A DNA stretch of 64,000 nt from Camelus dromedarius (taxonomy: Eukaryota): the NCBI RefSeq assembly GCF_036321535.1, contig NC_087436.1, positions 806,001-870,000 on the forward strand, in the 5' to 3' direction. Positions 1 to 11,200 of the stretch are shown in pieces (the stretch's first letter is position 1; each line of letters begins with the position of its first letter). The notes beneath the pieces are model-generated. The model worked only from the letters and a program-made list of their open reading frames with translations. It was not told the DNA's origin and ran no database searches. The position numbers and the translations under genes are program-made.

Positions 1-249
1 ACTGAGCAAGTGGAGAGATGTTCGTTCATCTAGCACAAAGGGAACGGGTTGCAGGAGACACTTTTTCTCTGCTTTCTCAGTCTGTTTCCTAGTGCCGGTT
101 TGAAGTTCCTGCAGTTATCACTGTAAAACCGAGTTGGAGCTTGTACCTCCCCATATATATGTATGGAATGGAGTTTGCAACTGAAAAGAAACTTTGTGTT
201 CCCAACAAGCTAGGTGAAGGACGGCTTTCACACACACTTATCTCTCAGA
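1..249 (+). repeat. Representative 249-bp monomer (phase is arbitrary)
   Basis: 111/249 bases are G+C (about 45%). There is one PstI site (CTGCAG, 109-114) and one HpaII/MspI site (CCGG, 95-98) in most copies. Nearly invariant segment: ATATATATGTATGGAATGGAGTTTGCAACTGAAAAGAAACTTTGTGTTCCCAACAAG. Confidence 0.97.
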
Positions 250-3200
250 ACTGAGCAAGTGGAGAGACGTTCGTTCATCTAGCACCAAGGGAACGGGTTG
301 CAGGAGACACTTTTTCTCTGTTTTCTCAGTCTGTTTCCTAGTGCCGGTTTGAAGTTCCTGCAGTTTTCACTGTGAAACCCAGTTGGAGCTTCTACCTCCC
401 CATATATATGTATGGAATGGAGTTTGCAACTGAAAAGAAACTTTGTGTTCCCAACAAGCAAGGTGAAGGACGGCTTTCACACACACTTATCTCTCAGAAC
501 TGAGCAAGTGGAGAGACGTTCGTTCATCTAGCACCAAGGGAACGGGTTGCAGGAGACACTTTTTCTCTGCTTTCTCAGTCTGTTTCCTAGTGCCGGTTTG
601 AAGTTCCTGCAGTTTTCACTGTCAATCCGAGTTGGAGCTAGTACCTCCCCGTATATATGTATGGAATGGAGTTTGCAACTGAAAAGAAACTTTGTGTTCC
701 CAACAAGCTAGGTGAAGGACGGCTTTCACACACATTTATCTCTCAGAACTGAGCAAGTGGAGAGACGTTCGTTCATGTAGCACCAAGGGAACGAGTTGCA
801 GGAGACACTTTTTCTTTACTTTCTCAGTCTGTTTCCTAGTGCCGGTTTGAAGTTCCTGCAGTTTTCACTGTGAAACCCAGTTGGAGCTTCTACCTCCCCA
901 TATATATGTATGGAATGGAGTTTGCAACTGAAAAGAAACTTTGTGTTCCCAACAAGCTAGGTGAAGGACCGCTTTCACACACACTTATCTCTCAGAACTG
1001 AGCAACTGGAGAGACGTTCGTTCATGTAGCACAAAGAGAAAGGGTTGCAGGAGACACTTATTCTCTGCATTTTCAGTCTGTTTCCTAGTGCCGGTTTGAA
1101 GTTCCTGCAGTTTTCACTGTGAAACAGAGTTGGAGCTTCTACCTCCCCATATATATGTATGGAATGGAGTTTGCAACTGAAAAGAAACTTTGTGTTCCCA
1201 ACAAGCTAGGTGAAGGACGGCTTTCACACACACTTATCTCTCAGAACAGAGCAATTGGAGAGACGTTCGTTCATCTAGCACCAAGGGAACGCGTTGCAGG
1301 AGACACTTTTTCTCTGATTTCTCAGTCTGTTTCCTAGTGCCGGTTTGAAGTTCCTGCAGTTTTCACTGTCAACCCGAGTTGGAGCTAGTACCTCCCCATA
1401 TATATGTATGGAATGGAGTTTGCAACTGAAAAGAAACTTTGTGTTCCCAACAAGCAAGGTGAAGGACGGCTTTCACACGCACATATCTCTCAGAACTGAG
1501 CAAGTGGAGAGATGTTCGTTCATCTAGCACCAAGGGAACGGGTTGCAGGAGACACTTTTTCTCTGCTTTCTCAGTCTGTTTCCTAGTGCCGGTTTGAAGT
1601 TCCTGCAGTTTTCATTGTCAAACCGATTTGGAGCTAGTATCTCCCCATATATATGTATGGAATGGAGTTTACAACTGAAAAGAAACTTTGTGTTCCCAAC
1701 AAGCTTGGTGAAGAGCGGCTTTCACACACACTTATCTCTCAGAACTGAGCAAGTGGAGAGACGTTCGTTCATCCAGCACCAAGGGAACGGGTTGCAGGAG
1801 ACACTTTTTCTCTGCTTTCTCAGTCTGTTTCCTAGTGCCGGTTTGAAGTTCCTGCAGTTTTCACTGTCAACCCGAGATGGAGCTAGTACCTCCCCATATA
1901 TATGTATGGAATGGAGTTTGCAACTGAAAAGAAACTTTGTGTTCCCAACAAGCAAGGTGAAGGACGGCTTTCACACGCACATATCTCTCAGAACTGAGCA
2001 AGTGGAGAGATGTTCGTTCATCTAGCACAAAGGGAACGGGTTGCAGGAGACACTTTTTCTCTGCTTTCTCAGTCTGTTTCCTAGTGCCAGTTTGAAGTTC
2101 CTGCAGTTTTCATTATCAAACCGATTTGGAGCTAGTATCTCCCCATATATATGTATGGAATGGAGTTTACAACTGAAAAGAAACTTTGTGTTCCCAACAA
2201 GCTTGGTGAAGAGCGGCTTTCACACACACTTATCTCTCAGAACTGAGCAAGTGGAGAGACGTTCGTTCATCCAGCACCAAGGGAACGGGTTGCAGGAGAC
2301 ACTTTTTCTCTGCTTTCTCAGTCTGTTTCCTAGTGCCGGTTTGAAGTTCCTGCAGTTATCACTGTAAAACCGAGTTGGAGCTTGTACCTCCCCATATATA
2401 TGTATGGAATGGAGTTTGCAACTGAAAAGAAACTTTGTGTTCCCAACAAGCTAGGTGAAGGACGGCTTTCACACACACTTATCTCTCAGAACTGAGCAAG
2501 TGGAGAGACGTTCGTTCATCTAGCACCAAGGGAACGGGTTGCAGGAGACACTTTTTCTCTGTTTCTCAGTCTGTTTCCTAGTGCCGGTTTGAAGTTCCTG
2601 CAGTTTTCACTGTGAAACCCAGTTGGAGCTTCTACCTCCCCATATATATGTATGGAATGGAGTTTGCAACTGAAAAGAAACTTTGTGTTCCCAACAAGCA
2701 AGGTGAAGGACGGCTTTCACACACACTTATCTCTCAGAACTGAGCAAGTGGAGAGACGTTCGTTCATCTAGCACCAAGGGAACGGGTTGCAGGAGACACT
2801 TTTTCTCTGCTTTCTCAGTCTGTTTCCTAGTGCCGGTTTGAAGTTCCTGCAGTTTTCACTGTCAATCCGAGTTGGAGCTAGTACCTCCCCGTATATATGT
2901 ATGGAATGGAGTTTGCAACTGAAAAGAAACTTTGTGTTCCCAACAAGCTAGGTGAAGGACGGCTTTCACACACATTTATCTCTCAGAACTGAGCAAGTGG
3001 AGAGACGTTCGTTCATGTAGCACCAAGGGAACGAGTTGCAGGAGACACTTTTTCTTTGCTTTCTCAGTCTGTTTCCTAGTGCCGGTTTGAAGTTCCTGCA
3101 GTTTTCACTGTGAAACCCAGTTGGAGCTTCTACCTCCCCATATATATGTATGGAATGGAGTTTGCAACTGAAAAGAAACTTTGTGTTCCCAACAAGCTAG

Positions 3201-6200
3201 GTGAAGGACCGCTTTCACACACACTTATCTCTCAGAACTGAGCAACTGGAGAGACGTTCGTTCATGTAGCACAAAGAGAAAGGGTTGCAGGAGACACTTA
3301 TTCTCTGCATTTTCAGTCTGTTTCCTAGTGCCGGTTTGAAGTTCCTGCAGTTTTCACTGTCAAACCGAGTTGGAGCTAGTACCTCCCCATATATATGTAT
3401 GGAATTGAGTTGGCAACTGAAAAGAAACTTTGTGTTCCCAACAAGCTAGGTGAAGGACGGCTTTCACACACACTTATCTCTCAGAACTGAGTAAGTGGAG
3501 AGACATTTTTTCATGTAGCAGCAAGGGAACGGGTTGCAGGAGACACTTTTTCTCTGCTTCCTCAGTCTGTTTCCTAGTGCCGGTTTGAAGTTCCTGCAGT
3601 TTTCACTGTAAAACCGAGTTGGAGCTTGTACCTCCCCATATATATGTATGGAATGGAGTTTGCAACTGAAAAGAAACTTTGTGTTCCCAACAAGCTAGGT
3701 GAAGGACGGCTTTCACACACACTTATCTCTCAGAACTGAGCAAGTGGAGAGACGTTCGTTCATGTAGCACAAAGGGAACGGGTTGCAGGAGACACTTTTT
3801 CTCTGCTTTCTCAGTCTGTTTCCTAGTGCCGGTTTGAAGTTCCTGCAGTTTTCACTCTCAAACCGAGTTGGAGCTAGTACCTCCCAATATATATGTATGG
3901 AATTGAGTTGGCAACTGAAAAGAAACTTTGTGTTCCCAACAAGCTAGGTGAAGGACGGCTTTCACACACACTTATCTCTCAGAACTGAGCAAGTGGAGAG
4001 ACGTTCTTTCATGTAGCACCAAGGGAACGGGTTGCAGGAGACACTTTTTCTCTGCTTCCTCATTCTGTTTCCTAGTGCCGGTTTGAAGTTCCTGCAGTTT
4101 TCACTGTAAAACCGAGTTGGAGCTTGTACCTCCCCATATATATGTATGGAATGGAGTTTGCAACTGAAAAGAAACTTTGTGTTCCCAACAAGCTAGGTGA
4201 AGGACGGCTTTCACACACACTTATCTCTCAGAACTGAGCAAGTGGAGAGACGTTCGTTCATCTAGCACCAAGGGAACGGGTTGCAGGAGACACTTTTTCT
4301 CTGCTTTCTCAGTCTGTTTCCTAGTGCCGGTTTGAAGTTCCTGCAGTTTTCACTGTGAAACAGAGTTGGAGCTTCTACCTCCCCATATATATGTATGGAA
4401 TGGAGTTTGCAACTGAAAAGAAACTTTGTGTTCCCAACAAGCTAGGTGAAGGACGGCTTTCACACACACTTATCTCTCAGAACAGAGCAATTGGAGAGAC
4501 GTTCGTTCATCTAGCACCAAGGGAACGCGATGCAGGAGACACTTTTTCTCTGATTTCTCAGTCTGTTTCCTAGTGCCGGTTTGAAGTTCCTGCAGTTTTC
4601 ACTGTCAACCCGAGTTGGAGCTAGTACCTCCCCATATATATGTATGGAATGGAGTTTGCAACTGAAAAGAAACTTTGTGTTCCCAACAAGCAAGGTGAAG
4701 GACGGCTTTCACACGCACATATCTCTCAGAACTGAGCAAGTGGAGAGATGTTCGTTCATCTAGCACCAAGGGAACGGGTTGCAGGAGACACTTTTTCTCT
4801 GCTTTCTCAGTCTGTTTCCTAGTGCCGGTTTGAAGTTCCTGCAGTTTTCATTGTCAAACAGATTTGGAGCTAGTATCTCCCCATATATATGTATGGAATG
4901 GAGTTTACAACTGAAAAGAAACTTTGTGTTCCCAACAAGCTTGGTGAAGAGCGGCTTTCACACACACTTATCTCTCAGAACTGAGCAAGTGGAGAGACGT
5001 TCGTTCATCCAGCACCAAGGGAACGGGTTGCAGGAGACACTTTTTCTCTGCTTTCTCAGTCTGTTTCCTAGTGCCGGTTTGAAGTTCCTGCAGTTATCAC
5101 TGTAAAACCGAGTTGGAGCTTGTACCTCCCCATATATATGTATGGAATGGAGTTTGCAACTGAAAAGAAACTTTGTGTTCCCAACAAGCTAGGTGAAGGA
5201 CGGCTTTCACACACACTTATCTCTCAGAACTGAGCAAGTGGAGAGACGTTCGTTCATACAGCACCAAGGGAACGGGTTGCAGGAGACACTTTTTCTCTGC
5301 TTTCTCAGTCTGTTTCCTAGTGCCGGTTTGAAGTTCCTGCAGTTATCACTGTAAAACCGAGTTGGAGCTTGTACCTCCCCATATATATGTATGGAATGGA
5401 GTTTGCAACTGAAAAGAAACTTTGTGTTCCCAACAAGCTAGGTGAAGGACGGCTTTCACACACACTTATCTCTCAGAACTGAGCAAGTGGAGAGACGTTC
5501 GTTCATCTAGCACCAAGGGAACGGGTTGCAGGAGACACTTTTTCTCTGTTTTCTCAGTCTGTTTCCTAGTGCCGGTTTGAAGTTCCTGCAGTTTTCACTG
5601 TGAACCCATTTGGAGCTTGTACCTCCCCATATATATGTATGGAATGGAGTTTGCAACTGAAAAGAAACTTTGTGTTCCCAACAAGCTAGGTGAAGGACGG
5701 CTTTCACACACACTTATCTCTCAGAACTGAGCAAGTGGAGAGACGTTCGTTCATGTAGCACAAAGGGAACGGGTTGCAGGAGACACTTTTTCTCTGCTTT
5801 CTCAGTCTGTTTCCTAGTGCCGGTTTGAAGTTCCTGCAGTTTTCACTCTCAAACCGAGTTGGAGCTAGTATCTCCCCATATATATGTATGGAATGGAGTT
5901 TGCAACTGAAAAGAAACTTTGTGTTCCCAACAAGCTAGGTGAAGGACGGCTTTCACACACACTTATCTCTCAGAACAGAGCAATTGGAGAGACGTTCGTT
6001 CATCTAGCACCAAGGGAACGCGTTGCAGGAGACACTTTTTCTCTGCTTTCTCAGTCTGTTTCCTAGTGCCGGTTTGAAGTTCCTGCAGTTTTCACTGTCA
6101 AACCGAGGTGGAGCTAGTACCTCCCCATATATATGTATGGAATGGAGTTTGCAACTGAAAAGAAACTTTGTGTTCCCAACAAGCAAGGTGAAGGACGGCT

Positions 6201-8263
6201 TTCACACGCACATATCTCTCAGAACTGAGCAAGTGGAGAGATGTTCGTTCATCTAGCACCAAGGGAACGGGTTGCAGGAGACACTTTTTCTCTGCTTTCT
6301 CAGTCTGTTTCCTAGTGCCGGTTTGAAGTTCCTGCAGTTTTCATTGTCAAACCGATTTGGAGCTAGTATCTCCCCATATATATGTATGGAATGGAGTTTA
6401 CAACTGAAAAGAAACTTTGTGTTCCCAACAAGCTTGGTGAAGAGCGGCTTTCACACACACTTATCTCTCAGAACTGAGCAAGTGGAGAGACGTTCGTTCA
6501 TGTAGCACAAAGGGAACGGGTTGCAGGAGACACTTTTTCTCTGCTTTCTCAGTCTGTTTCCTAGTGCCGGTTTGAAGTTCCTGCAGTTATCACTGTAAAA
6601 CCGAGTTGGAGCTTCTACCTCCCCATATATATGTATGGAATGGAGTTTGCAACTGAAAAGAAACTTTGTGTTCCCAACAAGCTAGGTGAAGGACGGCTTT
6701 CACACACACTTATCTCTCAGAACTGAGCAAGTGGAGAGACGTTCGTTCATCTAGCACCAAGGGAACGGGTTGCAGGAGACACTTTTTCTCTGTTTTCTCA
6801 GTCTGTTTCCTAGTGCCGGTTTGAAGTTCCTGCAGTTTTCACTGTGAAACCCATTTGGAGCTTGTACCTCCCCATATATATGTATGGAATGGAGTTTGCA
6901 ACTGAAAAGAAACTTTGTGTTCCCAACAAGCAAGGTGAAGTACGGCTTTCACACGCACATATCTCTCAGAACTGAGCAAGTGGAGAGATGTTCGTTCATC
7001 TAGCACAAAGGGAACGGGTTGCAGGAGACACTTTTTCTCTGCTTTCTCAGTCTGTTTCCTAGTGCCGGTTTGAAGTTCCTGCAGTTTTCATTATCAAACC
7101 GATTTGGAGCTAGTATCTCCCCATATATATGTATGGAATGGAGTTTGCAACTGAAAAGAAACTTTGTGTTCCCAACAAGCTAGGCGAAGGACGGCTTTCA
7201 CACACACTTATCTCTCAGAACTGAGCAAGTGGAGAGACGTTCGTTCATGTAGCACAAAGGGAACGGGTTGCAGGAGACACTTTTTCTCTGCTTTCTCAGT
7301 CTGTTTCCTAGTGCCGGTTTGAAGTTCCTGCAGTTTTCACTCTCAAACCGAGTTGGAGCTAGTACCTCCCAATATATATGTATGGAATTGAGTTGGCAAC
7401 TGAAAAGAAACTTTGTGTTCCCAACAAGATAGGTGAAGGACGGCTTTCACACACACTTATCTCTCAGAACTGAGCAAGTGGAGAGACGTTCTTTCATGTA
7501 GCACCAAGGGAACGGGTTGCAGGAGACACTTTTTCTCTGCTTCCTCATTCTGTTTCCTAGTGCCGGTTTGAAGTTCCTGCAGTTTTCACTGTAAAACCGA
7601 GTTGGAGCTTGTACCTCCCCATATATATGTATGGAATGGAGTTTGCAACTGAAAAGAAACTTTGTGTTCCCAACAAGCTAGGTGAAGGACGGCTTTCACA
7701 CACACTTATCTCTCAGAACTGAGCAAGTGGAGAGACGTTCGTTCATCTAGCACCAAGGGAACGGGTTGCAGGAGACACTTTTTCTCTGCTTTCTCAGTCT
7801 GTTTCCTAGTGCCGGTTTGAAGTTCCTGCAGTTTTCACTGTGAAACAGAGTTGGAGCTTCTACCTCCCCATATATATGTATGGAATGGAGTTTGCAACTG
7901 AAAAGAAACTTTGTGTTCCCAACAAGCTAGGTGAAGGACGGCTTTCACACACACTTATCTCTCAGAACAGAGCAATTGGAGAGACGTTCTTTCATCTAGC
8001 ACCAAGGGAACGCGTTGCAGGAGACACTTTTTCTCTGATTTCTCAGTCTGTTTCCTAGTGCCGGTTTGAAGTTCCTGCAGTTTTCACTGTCAACCCGAGT
8101 TGGAGCTAGTACCTCCCCATATATATGTATGGAATGGAGTTTGCAACTGAAAAGAAACTTTGTGTTCCCAACAAGCAAGGTGAAGGACGGCTTTCACACG
8201 CACATATCTCTCAGAACTGAGCAAGTGGAGAGATGTTCGTTCATCTAGCACCAAGGGAACGGG

Positions 8264-11200
8264 TTGCAGGAGACACTTTTTCTCTGCTTTCTCAGTCTGT
8301 TTCCTAGTGCCGGTTTGAAGTTCCTGCAGTTTTCATTGTCAAACCGATTTGGAGCTAGTATCTCCCCATATATATGTATGGAATGGAGTTTACAACTGAA
8401 AAGAAACTTTGTGTTCCCAACAAGCTTGGTGAAGAGCGGCTTTCACACACACTTATCTCTCAGAACTGAGCAAGTGGAGAGACGTTCGTTCATCCAGCAC
8501 CAAGGGAACGGGTTGCAGGAGACACTTTTTCTCTGCTTTCTCAGTCTGTTTCCTAGTGCCGGTTTGAAATTCCTGCAGTTATCACTGTAAAACCGAGTTG
8601 GAGCTTGTACCTCCCCATATATATGTATGGAATGGAGTTTGCAACTGAAAAGAAACTTTGTGTTCCCAACAAGCTAGGTGAAGGACGGCTTTCACACACA
8701 CTTATCTCTCAGAACTGAGCAAGTGGAGAGACGTTCGTTCATCTAGCACCAAGGGAACGGGTTGCAGGAGACACTTTTTCTCTGTTTTCTCAGTCTGTTT
8801 CCTAGTGCCGGTTTGAAGTTCCTGCAGTTTTCACTGTGAACCCATTTGGAGCTTGTACCTCCCCATATATATGTATGGAATGGAGTTTGCAACTGAAAAG
8901 AAACTTTGTGTTCCCAACAAGCAAGCTGAAGGACGGCTTTCACACGCACATATCTCTCAGAACTGAGCAAGTGGAGAGATGTTCGTTCATCTAGCACAAA
9001 GGGAACGGGTTGCAGGAGACACTTTTTCTCTGCTTTCTCAGTCTGTTTCCTAGTGCCAGTTTGAAGTTCCTGCAGTTTTCATTATCAAACCGATTTGGAG
9101 CTAGTATCTCCCCATATATATGTATGGAATGGAGTTTACAACTGAAAAGAAACTTTGTGTTCCCAACAAGCTTGGTGAAGAGCGGCTTTCACACACACTT
9201 ATCTCTCAGAACTGAGCAAGTGGAGAGACGTTCGTTCATCCAGCACCAAGTGTACGGGTTGCAGGAGACACTTTTTCTCTGCTTTCTCAGTCTGTTTCCT
9301 AGTGCCGGTTTGAAGTTCCTGCAGTTTTCACTGTAAAACCGAGTTGGAGCTTGTACCTCCCCATATATATGTATGGAATGGAGTTTGCAACTGAAAAGAA
9401 ACTTTGTGTTCCCAACAAGCTAGGTGAAGGACGGCTTTCACACACACTTATCTCTCAGAACTGAGCAAGTGGAGAGACGTTCGTTCATGTAGCACAAAGG
9501 GAATGGGTTGCAGGAGACACTTTTTCTCTGCTTTCTCAGTCTGTTTCCTAGTGCCGGTTTGAAGTTCCTGCAGTTTTCACTCTCAAACCGAGTTGGAGCT
9601 AGTATCTCCCCATATATATGTATGGAATGGAGTTTACAACTGAAAAGAAACTTTGTGTTCCCAACAAGCTTGGTGAAGAGCGGCTTTCACACACACTTAT
9701 CTCTCAGAACTGAGCAAGTGGAGAGACGTTCGTTCATCCAGCACCAAGGGTACGGGTTGCAGGGGACACTTTTTCTCTGCTTTCTCAGTCTGTTTCCTAG
9801 TGCCGGTTAGAAGTTCCTGCAGTTTTCACTGTAAAACCGAGTTGGAGCTTGTACCTCCCCATATATATGTATGGAATGGAGTTTGCAACTGAAAAGAAAC
9901 TTTGTGTTCCCAACAAGCTAGGTGAAGGACGGCTTTCACACACACTTATCTCTCAGAACTGAGCAAGTGGAGAGACGTTCGTTTATGTAGCACAAAGGGA
10001 ACGGGTTGCAGGAGACACTTTTTCTCTGTTTTCTCAGTCTGTTTCCTAGTGCCGGTTTGAAGTTCCTGCAGTTTTCACTGTGAAACAGAGTTGGAGCTTC
10101 TACCTCCCCATATATATGTATGGAATGGAGTTTGCAACTGAAAAGAAACTTTGTGTTCCCAACAAGCTAGGTGAAGGACGGCTTTCACACACACTTATCT
10201 CTCAGAACAGAGCAATTGGAGAGACGTTCGTTCATCTAGCACCAAGGGAACGCGTTGCAGGAGACACTTTTTCTCTGCTTTCTCAGTCTGTTTCCTAGTG
10301 CCGGTTTGAAGTTCCTGCAGTTTTCACTGTCAAACCGAGGTGGAGCTAGTACCTCCCCATATATATGTATGGAATGGAGTTTGCAACTGAAAAGAAACTT
10401 TGTGTTCCCAACAAGCAAGGTGAAGGACGGCTTTCACACGCACATATCTCTCAGAACTGAGCAAGTGGAGAGATGTTCGTTCATCTAGCACCAAGGGAAC
10501 GGGTTGCAGGAGACACTTTTTCTCTGCTTTCTCAGTCTGTTTCCTAGTGCCGGTTTGAAGTTCCTGCAGTTTTCATTGTCAAACCGATTTGGAGCTAGTA
10601 TCTCCCCATATATATGTATGGAATGGAGTTTACAACTGAAAAGAAACTTTGTGTTCCCAACAAGCTTGGTGAAGAGCGGCTTTCACACACACTTATCTCT
10701 CAGAACTGAGCAAGTGGAGAGACGTTCGTTCATCCAGCACCAAGGGAAAGGGTTGCAGGAGACACTTTTTCTCTGCTTTCTCAGTCTGTTTCCTAGTGCC
10801 GGTTTGAAGTTCCTGCAGTTATCACTGTAAAACCGAGTTGGAGCTTCTACCTCCCCATATATATGTATGGAATGGAGTTTGCAACTGAAAAGAAACTTTG
10901 TGTTCCCAACAAGCTAGGTGAAGGACGGCTTTCACACACACTTATCTCTCAGAACTGAGCAAGTGGAGAGACGTTCGTTCATCTAGCACCAAGGGAACGG
11001 GTTGCAGGAGACACTTTTTCTCTGTTTTCTCAGTCTGTTTCCTAGTGCCGGTTTGAAGTTCCTGCAGTTTTCACTGTGAAACCCATTTGGAGCTTGTACC
11101 TCCCCATATATATGTATGGAATGGAGTTTGCAACTGAAAAGAAACTTTGTGTTCCCAACAAGCAAGGTGAAGTACGGCTTTCACACGCACATATCTCTCA

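Noticed and set aside
21..48. Canonical CENP-B box
   Set aside because: TTCG and CGGG are 20 nt apart instead of the required 7. It is reported only as a speculative split motif.
153..172. ATATATATGTA as a TATA box or microsatellite, and TGGAATGGA as human satellite II/III
   Set aside because: These are short fixed sub-motifs of the monomer with no downstream gene and no extended GGAAT array.
1..249. Tandem 5S rRNA, tRNA, snRNA or spliced-leader gene array
   Set aside because: I recognised no 5S, tRNA or snRNA sequence, no cloverleaf and no convincing Pol III A/B box. An Rfam/Infernal scan would be the definitive check.
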